This document shows, piece by piece, positions 55,179-64,000 of a DNA stretch of 64,000 nucleotides. The notes beneath the pieces are model-generated. The model ran no database searches. It was given only the letters and a program-made list of their open reading frames with translations, and was not told the origin of the DNA. The stretch is from an uncultured Victivallales bacterium (GTDB lineage Bacteria > Verrucomicrobiota > Lentisphaeria > Victivallales > UBA1829), in assembly GCA_944390795.1 (NCBI GenBank), contig CALXRI010000005.1:84842-148841 (forward strand). Reading direction: 5' to 3'. How positions within the stretch are numbered: position 1 is the stretch's first letter; each line of letters opens with the position of its first letter. A program made the translations under genes and the position numbers.

Positions 55179-56899
55179 AGCGGCACATCACGTTTCCCGT
55201 ATCCGGTATGCAGAAGCCGCATGGCAATGGCGCTGTTGGGCTTCTGAAGAAAGTCCCGGTACAGAAGCTGAACGGCGCGGTTGTCATGGGCTGTGCGGAG
55301 CGATTCGCTCTGATCCGAAGCATAAAGCGAATTGACACGGGCACGGATCCGGTCGTTTTCCATGACGCTGATCGGCTGTCCGCCGCCGGCGACACAGCCG
55401 CCGGGACAGGCCATGACCTCAACAAAATGAAGATCGCGCCGGCCGGATTTCAGCTGCTCCAGCAATGTACGGACATTGCCGACACCATTGACAACCGCAA
55501 CGCCCAGCTCCATCCCGCCGATCCGGAATTTCAGTTCCCTGAACCCGTCCGGCCCGCGGACCTGATCGATCTTCAGGGATTTGAGCTCCTTTCCGGTAAG
55601 AAGCCTGTGCACCGTCCGCAGCGTTGCCTCCATGACACCGCCGGATGCGGCAAACAGTTTTCCCGCCGTGCTGCGTTCCCCGAACGGCGGGTCGGCGGCT
55701 TCCGGCTCCAGATGCTCGAAATCGATGCCCCCCATCCGGATCAGGCGCATCAGCTCCCGCGTGGTGAGCACCGCATCGATATCCGCCATGCCGTCCCGCC
55801 CGGCTTCAGGACGCTCCGCCTCGAATTTCTTCGCCGTGCACGGCATGGCCGAAACGCTGAAAATCCGGCGCGGATCCAGCTTCTCGAGCTCCGCGAAACG
55901 GCTTTTGATCAATGCGCCGAGCATCGACTGCGGGCTCTTGCAGCTGGAAAGATTCGGAAGAAACTCCGGATAAAACTCTTCGACAAACTTGACCCAGGCG
56001 GGGGAACAGCTCGTGAACATCGGAAGAGCCGTTCCGCTTCTCAGTCTGGAAACCAGCTCCGCGGCCTCCTCCATCACCGTAAGATCGGCGGAAAAGGCGC
56101 TGTCGAACACGCGCCGGAAGCCGAGACGCCGCAACGCCGCATTCAGAACGGAGGACAGGTCCGCGCCGGTTTTCATCCCGAACTCCTCGGCAAGAGAGAC
56201 GGTAACGGCCGGAGCATACTGAATCACAGGAAACACAGCAGGATCGGACAGCGCGGCAGCCACTTCGTTCAGCGAGCTTTTTTCATGCAGGGCGCCGGTC
56301 GGGCATGCCAAGATGCACTGCCCGCAGCAAATGCAGCTGGAAATGTTCAGACTGTCACGGAACGCGGGCGCAACACGCATATTTCCGCCGCGGCCGGTAA
56401 ATTCGATTGCGGAAACCTTCTGTATCTCGTTGCAGGTTCTCACGCACTTCCCGCACAGGATGCATTTGGACTGGTCAAAAACAATCGCGGGGCTGGCAAC
56501 ATCCAGCGTGTTCTCCCGTCGCCGGGGAGGAAAAATCCGTTCCCTCACGCCGTAGTCCTGCGCCAGCTTCTGCAATTTGCAGCTGCCGCTGCGCACACAG
56601 TAGAGACAGTCGTCCGGATGATCCGCGAGCAGCAGTTCGATCAGGAGCTTTCTCGCCTCGCTCACGCGGGGGGAACTGGTGAAAATCCGCATCCCCGCCT
56701 CCACTGGAGTCGAGCAGGAAGGAACGAGTCCGGTCATTCCCTCCACCTCGACAACACAGATCCGGCAGGCGCCAGTAGGCGTCAGTTTCTTCATATGGCA
56801 GAGAGTCGGGACCTCAATGCCGGCACGTGTCAGCGCCGAAAGAATCGTCTCGCCGGGCTCCGCCTCGATATTCCGGTTGTTGACAATGATTTCAAACAT
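55175..56899 (-). CDS. hydA: [FeFe]-hydrogenase catalytic subunit (HydA of the bifurcating HydABC type)
   Basis: Start trimmed to ATG 56899 (MFEIIVNNRNIEAEPGETIL, 2Fe-2S N-terminus). H-cluster motifs FTSCSPAWV, MPCTAKKFE, EVMACPGGCVAGGGQP. Confidence 0.92.
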   Translation of the reverse strand: MFEIIVNNRNIEAEPGETILSALTRAGIEVPTLCHMKKLTPTGACRICVVEVEGMTGLVPSCSTPVEAGMRIFTSSPRVSEARKLLIELLLADHPDDCLYCVRSGSCKLQKLAQDYGVRERIFPPRRRENTLDVASPAIVFDQSKCILCGKCVRTCNEIQKVSAIEFTGRGGNMRVAPAFRDSLNISSCICCGQCILACPTGALHEKSSLNEVAAALSDPAVFPVIQYAPAVTVSLAEEFGMKTGADLSSVLNAALRRLGFRRVFDSAFSADLTVMEEAAELVSRLRSGTALPMFTSCSPAWVKFVEEFYPEFLPNLSSCKSPQSMLGALIKSRFAELEKLDPRRIFSVSAMPCTAKKFEAERPEAGRDGMADIDAVLTTRELMRLIRMGGIDFEHLEPEAADPPFGERSTAGKLFAASGGVMEATLRTVHRLLTGKELKSLKIDQVRGPDGFRELKFRIGGMELGVAVVNGVGNVRTLLEQLKSGRRDLHFVEVMACPGGCVAGGGQPISVMENDRIRARVNSLYASDQSESLRTAHDNRAVQLLYRDFLQKPNSAIAMRLLHTGYGKRDVPL

Positions 56900-58880
56900 G
56901 ACCAGCCCCTCCCGCGCTTCCGCCGTCGCGGAACACCGCTCTGAATTTACAGGCCCCGACGCAGCGCCCGCATCCGCTGCAGAGCTGCGGATCAATACAG
57001 TGCACACTGCGCCGCACGCCGCGGATCGCATTTTCCGGACATCTTTTCACACAGACGCCGCATCCTTTGCAGCGCTCCGCGTCAATCCGGTATTTCACCA
57101 GCCCCCTGCATACGCCTGCCGGGCACCGGCGTTCATAAACATGCGCATCAAACTCCTCCCGGAACCAGCGCAGAATCGACAGCACCGGATTCGGGGCGGA
57201 TTTGCCCAGTCCGCACAGACTGGTGTCCTGAATCACACGGGCAAGGCGCGGAAGCATCATGACACCCTTGAAACGACGCAGGGCGTCATATCCGTTTTCC
57301 TCTCCGCGGGGACGGGTGACCTGCATCAGGATTTCCAGCATGCGGCGCGTTCCTTCCCGGCAGGGAATGCATTTCCCGCAGCTCTCGCGCTGAATGAAAT
57401 CCATGAAGAACTTCGCGGCCTCCACCATGCAGTTGTCCTCATCCATCAGGATCACACCGCCGGAACCGAGCATCGCGCCCGCCTCGCGAAGAGATTCGTA
57501 GTCCAGCCGCAGCCCGAGACATTGTTCCGGCAGACAGGCTCCGGACGGACCGCCGATCTGAAGCGCCTTGAATTTCCTCCCGTTCGGAATGCCGCCGCCG
57601 GCAGTGAACACCAGATCCCGGAGCTGCGTGCCGAATGCAATCTCCAGCAGTCCCGAACGGACAATTTTCCCGGAAAGGGAAAAAACCTTGGTGCCTTTCG
57701 AACGTTCCGTCCCGACCGAGCCGAAAGCATCCTTCCCGAAACGGACGATGTCCGGAACATTCGCAAGCGTCTCCACATTGTTGACCACCGAAGGTTTCCC
57801 GAAAAGACCGCTCTCTGCAGGATACGGCGGGCGCGGACGCGGCATCCCCCGCCGTCCCTCAATGCTGTTCAGAAGCGCGGTCTCCTCTCCGCAGACAAAT
57901 GCGCCCGCCCCCTGCGCAATGATGATCTTGAGATCGAACCCGCTGTCGAGAATGTTCTCTCCGAGCAGTCCGCAGGCAGTCGCCTGCGCGATCGCCTTTT
58001 TCAGGCGCGCAATGGCAAGCGGATACTCCGCGCGGATATAAATATAGGCCTTGTTCGCTCCGATCGCATAAGAGGCGATGGCAAGCCCCTCCAGGATCCG
58101 GTGCGGATCGCCTTCGATCATGGCCCGCGCCATGAATGCGCCCGGATCCCCTTCGTCCGCATTGCAGATCATGTATTTCTGATTGCTCAGCGTGTTCAGC
58201 GCTGCGGTCCATTTGCGCCCGGTGGAAAATCCCGCGCCGCCGCGTCCGCGAAGACCGCTGTCGCGAACCTCCGCACAGACCTCGGACGGGATCATCGTGT
58301 GAAGAGCCTTGGCAAACGCCTTGTAGCCTCCGCGCGCAAGATATTCGTCGATGCTCCCGGGATTGATGACGCCGCAGTTCCGCAGAACACGCCGCGTCTG
58401 AATATGAAAAAAGGGGTGTTCGTCCAGAAACGGGATTCCCTTCCAGCATTCCGCGTCCGTCTCCCGGCTCTGTCCCAGCAGTGAATGGCGCGACGGATCG
58501 GGATGCGGACCCAGCAGATTGCAAAGAAGCTCCGGAACCCGCCTTGCTGTGACATGGGAAAAGGAGAGCTTCTGGCGCCCGGGAAGCCGGATAGCGAGAA
58601 GCGGTTCCGCGGAACAAAGCCCGACACAGCCCACTTCCAGAAGCTCCGCGCCGGAATTGTGTTCGCGCAGCCAGTTCAGAAGCGCCGCGCGCGTCTCCTC
58701 CGCTCCGGCGCTGATGGAACAGCTTGCGACGCCGAGATACAGGACAGGATGCCGCGGATGATCGTGCCGGAGCTCCGCGGCAAGCGCCTCGTATTCGGGG
58801 GACATGCTCTGACGCTTGACTCCGCTGTGCGTCAGCGGCGTCAGCAGAAGGGGGGAAAAACGTTTGTCTTCCGGATTCAT
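56892..58880 (-). CDS. hydB: NuoF-like flavoprotein subunit HydB (FMN/NAD(H)-binding, multiple Fe-S domains)
   Basis: GRGGAGFSTGRKW, ESCGKCIPCREG, C-terminal 2x CxxCxxCxxxCP ferredoxin motifs. Confidence 0.9.
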   Translation of the reverse strand: MNPEDKRFSPLLLTPLTHSGVKRQSMSPEYEALAAELRHDHPRHPVLYLGVASCSISAGAEETRAALLNWLREHNSGAELLEVGCVGLCSAEPLLAIRLPGRQKLSFSHVTARRVPELLCNLLGPHPDPSRHSLLGQSRETDAECWKGIPFLDEHPFFHIQTRRVLRNCGVINPGSIDEYLARGGYKAFAKALHTMIPSEVCAEVRDSGLRGRGGAGFSTGRKWTAALNTLSNQKYMICNADEGDPGAFMARAMIEGDPHRILEGLAIASYAIGANKAYIYIRAEYPLAIARLKKAIAQATACGLLGENILDSGFDLKIIIAQGAGAFVCGEETALLNSIEGRRGMPRPRPPYPAESGLFGKPSVVNNVETLANVPDIVRFGKDAFGSVGTERSKGTKVFSLSGKIVRSGLLEIAFGTQLRDLVFTAGGGIPNGRKFKALQIGGPSGACLPEQCLGLRLDYESLREAGAMLGSGGVILMDEDNCMVEAAKFFMDFIQRESCGKCIPCREGTRRMLEILMQVTRPRGEENGYDALRRFKGVMMLPRLARVIQDTSLCGLGKSAPNPVLSILRWFREEFDAHVYERRCPAGVCRGLVKYRIDAERCKGCGVCVKRCPENAIRGVRRSVHCIDPQLCSGCGRCVGACKFRAVFRDGGSAGGAGHV

Positions 58881-59374
58881 CGGACAACTCCGTTTTCAAG
58901 ATCTCTGAGGCTCCTGCACTCCTTCAGCACGGCATTGAGTTTCTCTTCCGAGTCAATTCCCGCATAGAGTTTGCCGTTGACGCTCATCACCGGCCCGAGT
59001 CCGCATGCGCCGATGCAGGGAACCGCTTCCAGACTGAACAATCCGTCCTTCGTGGGAACGCCGTCCTCCCGGATGCCGAGTTTCGCGCAGAGAAGCAGAA
59101 GCAGATTCGAAGCTCCTTTGACATGGCAGGAGGTGCCGCGGCAGACAAGAATATGATATTTCCCGGTCGGACGGAAGCGGAACTGATTATAGAAAGTTGC
59201 GACGCCGTAAACGCTGCTCGCCGGCAGCCGGAGATAAGCTCCGATCCGGATGACCGCTTCGCGGGAAAGGCAGCCGCAGACATTCTGCACATCCTGCAGA
59301 ATCGGAACGAGCGTGTCGCGCGTGGCGTTCGGATATTTTTTCAAAATTTCCTCAATGTCGCATTTGTATTCCAT
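58877..59374 (-). CDS. hydC: NuoE-like [2Fe-2S] subunit HydC
   Basis: CRGTSCHVKGA...CIGACGLGPV. ATGA overlap with the hydB start. Confidence 0.9.
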   Translation of the reverse strand: MEYKCDIEEILKKYPNATRDTLVPILQDVQNVCGCLSREAVIRIGAYLRLPASSVYGVATFYNQFRFRPTGKYHILVCRGTSCHVKGASNLLLLLCAKLGIREDGVPTKDGLFSLEAVPCIGACGLGPVMSVNGKLYAGIDSEEKLNAVLKECRSLRDLENGVVR

Positions 59375-59401
59375 TGATATGTGTCCGAATGCGGCATCCC
59401 G

Positions 59402-60031
59402 TCAGGAGAGATCCGCAAAATAGGCAAGTTTCTCCAGAGAGCTGGCAATATCAATCCGGTCCACGAACACTCCGCCGGGAACTTTGAGCGGCACAGGCGC
59501 AAAATTCAGAATCCCCCTGATTTCGGCGGCAACCATGCGGTCGGCAACGTACTGCGCCTGCGCGGCCGGAACGGTGATGATCCCGAGATTGATGTTCATT
59601 TCCGAAATTTTCGACTCGAACTGCGACATATGAAAGCAGCGGCAGCCGGAAATCACGCGGTCCACCTTGTTTTCATCCGTGTCAAACGCCGCGGCAATGG
59701 TGAGTCCGGGATGACTGTACGTAAAATAGGAGAGGATGGCGCGTCCGAGATTGCCGACGCCGACCAGCGCGATGATCCGTTCCTTGGATCCGTCCAGGAT
59801 GCCGGAAATATTGCTGATGAGCTCCGTCACGTCGTATCCCTTCCGCGGACTGCCGCTGTGCCCGATCTCCATGAGATCCCGCCGCACCTGTGTCGAGGTA
59901 TTGTGCGCAAGTGCAGCGAGCTGATGGGAAAACAGTGTGTGGACGCCTTTGGACTTCAAATCAATGAGAAGGCGTTTGTAAAGAACCATCCGCTCGATGG
60001 TCCGCGCCGGAATCGGAGTCGTCTTTTTCAT
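59402..60031 (-). CDS. rex: redox-sensing transcriptional repressor Rex
   Basis: IPARTIERMVLYKRLL...SHQLAALAHNTSTQVRRDL..., Rossmann ALVGVGNLGRAIL. 27 nt upstream of hydC. Confidence 0.9.
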   Translation of the reverse strand: MKKTTPIPARTIERMVLYKRLLIDLKSKGVHTLFSHQLAALAHNTSTQVRRDLMEIGHSGSPRKGYDVTELISNISGILDGSKERIIALVGVGNLGRAILSYFTYSHPGLTIAAAFDTDENKVDRVISGCRCFHMSQFESKISEMNINLGIITVPAAQAQYVADRMVAAEIRGILNFAPVPLKVPGGVFVDRIDIASSLEKLAYFADLS

Positions 60032-60091
60032 CTTTCTGCCATGACCTTGTTCAAAACTGAAACTCTGAATGTCTGTTTTACCATTAACTAT

Positions 60092-60109
60092 ATGTGATAT
60101 ATTTCACAA
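60092..60109. promoter_or_regulatory. Rex operator upstream of rex-hydCBA
   Basis: ATGTGATATATTTCACAA versus consensus TTGTGAAnnnnTTCACAA (12 of 14 specified positions). About 60-78 nt upstream of the rex ATG. Confidence 0.65.
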
Positions 60110-60335
60110 CATGGACCGGAAACCTTTTTCCCTGATGGTGCCGGAAAATTAAAGAAGGACGGTATTATTTTTGTTGCTGAACTCAAATATAACATTTTTT
60201 CTTATTTTGTCAAGCCCTTTTCACAACTGAACAGCAAGAAAAGGCGGAACTTTTTCCCTCTTTCCTCAAAGATGAAGAAGGAAAAATGAGGACAGTGGAA
60301 ACTTCCATGGCAGACCGGCATTTTCCCAATCCGGA

Positions 60336-60363
60336 TTGAAAATCAGAAAAAAGAGAGTATATT
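60336..60363 (+). promoter_or_regulatory. sigma70-type promoter of the LacI-family gene
   Basis: TTGAAA(60336-41)-16 nt-TATATT(60358-63). Confidence 0.4.
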
Positions 60364-60407
60364 TGCCCGGCGGGAGCGAGCCGCCCCGTATCACCCCGGA
60401 GGAAACG

Positions 60408-61415
60408 ATGCTGAAAAAACGACTGACTCTGCGCGATATCGCGAAAAAGGCGAATGTCTCCCTGACATCGGCCTCCATGTATCTGAACGGAAAAGCACGC
60501 GCCAATCACATTTCAGAAAAAACCTGCGCACGGATCGAGGAGGTGATCCGCCGGGAAAACTATCAGCCCAATGTCAACGCACGCGCCATGGCGATGAAAC
60601 GCACCAATCTGGTCGGATGCGTCATGCGGGACAGTCTGGAAAGCTCCTTCTGGGCGGACATCCTCGCCGGCATCGATGAAATCCTCGCACCGGAAAACAT
60701 CCATCTTCTTCTTACCGTATCCTCCGGCGGGCTCGAAGCGGAAATGCAGGCATTTGAATTCCTGCGCGCCAAAGGTGTCGACTCCTATATCTGGATTCCC
60801 GCCGTGAAACGCGACGGCGCCAATAATTTCGAATCCATCCGCGAATTCTCCGCGGAACGGCCTGCCGTGACACTGACCAGCCTTGTGGAGGGTCTGCACG
60901 GCGTTGCGGTGGACGACGAGGCGGGCGGCCGGATCGCAGCCCGGCATCTTGTGGAAAACGGGCATCGGAAACTGGCGACTCTGGGCGGAAGCAGAATTTA
61001 CCGGCGCTGCGAATATTTTGCCGCCGAAGCAGAAAAGCTCGGAGCGGAAGTGACGGCGTTCCGGCATATGGAGGATCTCGCCCCTGCCATCCGGAATTTC
61101 AGTGCCGTCTTCTGCTTCGCGGACATGAAGGCGCTGGAACTTTACAAGTTCTGCGCCGGCGCCGGAATCCGCATTCCGAAGGATCTCTCCGTGATCGGTT
61201 ATGATAATCTGCTTTTCACGGATCTGATGCTTCCCTCGCTGACGACCATCCATCAGCCGAAAAGGGATCTGGGGCGCGAAACCGGAAAACTGGTTCTGAA
61301 GGCTCTTGCAGAAAAAAAACTTCCACCGGAACAGATCAAGCTGCCGCCGGAACTGATTGTACGGGCCAGCACGGGGGCTCCGTCCGTCAAAAAGGCAAAA
61401 GAGAAAAAAACATGA
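60408..61415 (+). CDS. LacI-family transcriptional regulator
   Basis: ATG 60408 after GGAGG. LTLRDIAKKANVSLTSASMYLNG (HTH), followed by a PBP1 sugar-binding domain. Confidence 0.88.
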   Translation: MLKKRLTLRDIAKKANVSLTSASMYLNGKARANHISEKTCARIEEVIRRENYQPNVNARAMAMKRTNLVGCVMRDSLESSFWADILAGIDEILAPENIHLLLTVSSGGLEAEMQAFEFLRAKGVDSYIWIPAVKRDGANNFESIREFSAERPAVTLTSLVEGLHGVAVDDEAGGRIAARHLVENGHRKLATLGGSRIYRRCEYFAAEAEKLGAEVTAFRHMEDLAPAIRNFSAVFCFADMKALELYKFCAGAGIRIPKDLSVIGYDNLLFTDLMLPSLTTIHQPKRDLGRETGKLVLKALAEKKLPPEQIKLPPELIVRASTGAPSVKKAKEKKT

Positions 61416-61777
61416 AGAAAACAAGCCTGCGCCACGCACGGTCTTCCCCGGCATTTTCCCTTCCGGCTTTTTTCTTTTTTCCATCCGCCGGGCGGCAGTT
61501 CTTGTTCCTGTAAAATCCTGCGGCAGCGCCGTTCCCGGCAAAACAACGGGGTTCCGCCTGCTTTGCATCCTCCGCCCCGCAGAACTCGTGATCAGAATGA
61601 TCCTCTTTTCCCTCACAGCGGATGAGATTGCCTCTTCTGATCCTCTGCATTTTCTACGAAAAAAAACATCAGGGACATGTCCTTCCGGAGGGAGCCGTTT
61701 ATAACGTGATAATATGGTGGTAATAGCAAATTTCTTCAAAATGACTTTCCCCGCTGCGATTTTCCACTTTTCAGCTA

Positions 61778-61805
61778 TTGACACTTCCCGGTTTTTCCTT
61801 ATAAT
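61778..61805 (+). promoter_or_regulatory. sigma70-type promoter of the second AraR-type regulator/DUF1559 unit
   Basis: TTGACA(61778-83)-16 nt-TATAAT(61800-05), 38 nt upstream of the ATG at 61844. Confidence 0.55.
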
Positions 61806-61843
61806 AACCATCATCAGAAACACGGAAACGGAGAACCGGTATT

Positions 61844-62935
61844 ATGGAAAATGACACGCTTTACCAGCGGATATCCCGGGAAATCATGGGACAGATATCC
61901 TCCGGCCGCCTTCTGCCCGGCGACAGGATTCCCTCCGTTACCGAACTTCGGAAATCTTACGGCGTAAGTCATATCACGGTTCTGCACGCTTTCCGTGAAC
62001 TATGTGAGCAAGGATGTATTTTCAAACGTGCCGGACGCGGTTATTTCGTATCGCGCGGCAGAATGCCGTCGTTTCCGCAGCATAAGATAATCGGCTGCCT
62101 GATGCGCGGAATATCCGCTTTGAAAACCGATCATTACTTTAATGAAATCATGGCCGGCATGCAGAAGGAAGCGGCAATCGCCAATTACACGCTGCTGTTT
62201 TCCGGACAGGCAGTCCGCTCGCTGATTCTCCATGCGTCTCCCGGAGAAGAAGCATTGGAAGCTGCTCTGGAAATCCGGAACCTTGCATGCGGATACCTCG
62301 TGGACGAAAGAATCAGCGACACGGTTGCGGAACGGATCATGCGCGAGACAGGAAAACCGCTGGTCATTGTCAACCGGCAGACAAAACTGGCCGTCAACGC
62401 GGTCTACCCCGATATCCGCGGTGCAATCGGAAAGCTTTTTGCCGCATTGAAAAGAATGGGATACGGCGCATTCATATTCTGCGATTCCGGTCAGGACACG
62501 GCATCCCAGCTGGAAATGCGGCGGTGTTATCGGATGATGATCAAAGAATTTGCCATACCGGACAGCTGTTACAGAATCGTGGAGCGGACAGGCTTTGTTC
62601 CGCTCGAAACAATCTGCAGCAGGATCAGGAAGGCGTTTGAGGAACTGAAAGGAAAGCGGACCGTGCTTCTGACCCCCGGCGACACCATCGCCCGGGATTT
62701 CTACAACAGGCTGCATCCGGACATCATCCGCATTCCGGAAGAAATGGGGCTTATCGGCTTTTTCGGTTTGCAGATCGCTCATATGCACAGTCCGGAACTG
62801 ACCACACTGCAAAGCGACACCGTGGGAATGGGCACTCTGGCGGTACAGCTGCTTCTGAATGCCGTGATGCGCGGAGCGGTCGCAGCCGCCGGACACCCCG
62901 TGCCCATGGAACTGATTTTTGGAGAAACAATATGA
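61844..62935 (+). CDS. AraR-type chimeric regulator (GntR HTH + LacI-like sugar-binding domain)
   Basis: LPGDRIPSVTELRKSYGVSHITVLHAFRELCEQGCIF, followed by a PBP1-like domain. Confidence 0.8.
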   Translation: MENDTLYQRISREIMGQISSGRLLPGDRIPSVTELRKSYGVSHITVLHAFRELCEQGCIFKRAGRGYFVSRGRMPSFPQHKIIGCLMRGISALKTDHYFNEIMAGMQKEAAIANYTLLFSGQAVRSLILHASPGEEALEAALEIRNLACGYLVDERISDTVAERIMRETGKPLVIVNRQTKLAVNAVYPDIRGAIGKLFAALKRMGYGAFIFCDSGQDTASQLEMRRCYRMMIKEFAIPDSCYRIVERTGFVPLETICSRIRKAFEELKGKRTVLLTPGDTIARDFYNRLHPDIIRIPEEMGLIGFFGLQIAHMHSPELTTLQSDTVGMGTLAVQLLLNAVMRGAVAAAGHPVPMELIFGETI

Positions 62936-62969
62936 AACATCGGAAGAGTTCGCAAGTGGAGGTGACCTC

Positions 62970-63755
62970 ATGAATTACCGCAGATTCCTTGATAGAGGGG
63001 GAAAGAAATTTCCCGATTCAGAAAAATTTCATGACACGGATTCCGGACGCCGGATTTTCACCTTGATCGAGCTCCTTGTCGTGATTGCGATCATAGCCAT
63101 CCTTGCAGGAATGCTTCTTCCCGCCCTGAACATGGCACGGGAAAAAGCCCGTGCGGTTCAGTGCATCAACAATTTCGGACAGACGGGAAAAGCCATTGCG
63201 ATGTATGTCAACGATCACGGCATGCTTCCGACAACGAAATTCTCCCCCGGATGGACGATCACGGCATCCGGAGACAAGGGTTTTCTGGCGCCTTATCTGC
63301 CGCACCTGAAAAACTATTCCGACTATCAGCTGGGAATGATTGCGCTCAAAGACGGCAGGCAAATCCGGGATCCGTTCGCATGTCCCAGCCAGCCCAATGA
63401 CGGAATTACCACTTCTTTTTACACGATGGGACTGAACTGCATGATGGGAGAATACTGGATCATCAGTGCGGGGAAGAAGGAAAATATTATGCTTTCCACC
63501 TTCAAGAGGCCATCGCAAACCAGTGTCCTGCTGGAAAAAAAGGGTTCAGACCTGGAAGTGTCCTACAACCCGTTTGCGGAAACCGGCTCCACAAAACTTG
63601 AGGGGTTGTTTGCCTTGCGCCATTCCGGAAGCGGAAATGTCGTGTATGCGGATTTTCATGTCGGAAAACGTTCCAGGTCCGATATGCCCGATGCAAAGAC
63701 CGGCTTTCTGAACGGGGACAAGAACATTTTCTGGAATCCTCACAGCACTTATTGA
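62970..63755 (+). CDS. DUF1559 'H-X9-DG'-type protein with prepilin-type N-terminal methylation domain
   Basis: ATG 62970 after [35 protein letters not shown]-terminal HSGSGNVVYADFH (H-X9-DF variant). Confidence 0.85.
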   Translation: MNYRRFLDRGGKKFPDSEKFHDTDSGRRIFTLIELLVVIAIIAILAGMLLPALNMAREKARAVQCINNFGQTGKAIAMYVNDHGMLPTTKFSPGWTITASGDKGFLAPYLPHLKNYSDYQLGMIALKDGRQIRDPFACPSQPNDGITTSFYTMGLNCMMGEYWIISAGKKENIMLSTFKRPSQTSVLLEKKGSDLEVSYNPFAETGSTKLEGLFALRHSGSGNVVYADFHVGKRSRSDMPDAKTGFLNGDKNIFWNPHSTY

Positions 63756-63896
63756 TGTCAGTCAGACGCAAAGCGTCATACAGATGAAACGCCCCGGCGC
63801 ATGCCGTACGCAGTTTGCAGTCCGGATTTTTTCATGAACAGTTTGAAACATAATCATACAGAATGGTCTGCAATGCAGCCAGGAAAGGAAAGCAAA

Positions 63897-64000
63897 ATGA
63901 AAAAAACTCTGAAGCGCCTTCTGTTGCTCGGTTTTTCCGCAGCGGCAATGTCCCTTACGGCAAGTGGAATCCCGCTCGATCACGGGGTATTGAAAATGGA
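63897..64000 (+). CDS. 5' end of an exported protein (truncated by the window end)
   Basis: My translation: MKKTLKRLLLLGFSAAAMSLTASGIPLDHGVLKM. Signal-peptide-like, with AGGAAAGGAAAG upstream. Confidence 0.5.
   Translation, partial: MKKTLKRLLLLGFSAAAMSLTASGIPLDHGVLKM

Noticed and set aside
55136-58484. Plus-strand ORFs of 602 aa and 601 aa, and the minus-strand 346-aa ORF at 57859-58899
   Set aside because: They overlap hydA and hydB in other frames. The H-cluster and NuoF motifs fix the true frames.
61413-61514. 33-codon plus-strand ORF (MKKTSLRHARSS...) overlapping the LacI stop via ATGA
   Set aside because: There is no RBS beyond the coding sequence itself, the sequence is low-complexity, and no conservation evidence is available from a single sequence.

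Overview
GC-rich bacterial chromosomal segment. I found no rRNA, tRNA, CRISPR array, transposase, integrase or phage gene. The gene content suggests an anaerobic member of the PVC group, such as Lentisphaerota/Victivallales; this is inference only. The supporting genes are a type II secretion (T2SS) operon, two DUF1559 'H-X9-DG' prepilin-like proteins next to sugar-type regulators, a trimeric [FeFe]-hydrogenase with Rex, a class II ribonucleotide reductase, a Sel1-repeat protein and a Ser/Thr kinase.

Layout:
- 1-10.9 kb: minus-strand T2SS operon (repeat protein, gspL/M/C-like, gspD, E, F, G, three minor pseudopilins).
- 11-16 kb: AraC regulator, DUF1559 protein and a 967-aa LamG exoprotein.
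- 16-21 kb: radical-SAM/MnmD fusion, rpe, LpxL-like acyltransferase, Sel1 protein.
- 21-23 kb: sigma54-type promoter, glnK, amt.
- 23-31 kb: short SSF transporter, AraR-type regulator, GT2/GT-C fusion, anti-sigma-like protein, pepF.
- 31-37 kb: metG, CPA2 antiporter, fabF, lipA.
- 37-53 kb (all minus strand): tolC-like, small protein, mraY, nrdJ, DUF4139-like, MEMO-AMMECR1 fusion, Ser/Thr kinase, LolA-like, lon.
- 53-60 kb: PfkB kinase, then minus-strand rex-hydC-hydB-hydA-pseudo-receiver-folB.
- 60-64 kb: LacI regulator, AraR-type regulator, second DUF1559 protein, start of an exported protein.

Most unusual observations:
1. A family of highly structured 140-190 nt intergenic repeats (44610-44798 and a tandem pair at 49922-50253). 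Compensatory base-pair changes separate the copies, and one copy supplies the stop codon of lon.
2. A TIGR01212/YhcC-type radical SAM domain fused to an MnmC2/MnmD methyltransferase domain.
3. Two modules of regulator + DUF1559 pseudopilin-like protein + exported protein, in the same window as the T2SS.
4. A Rex-controlled hydCBA operon extended by a receiver domain that lacks the phospho-acceptor Asp.

Many long ORFs in the supplied track are antisense shadows of real genes or 5' over-extensions. I trimmed starts where an RBS, a signal peptide or a family-typical N-terminus supported it. All family assignments rest on motifs recognised by eye; no search was run.
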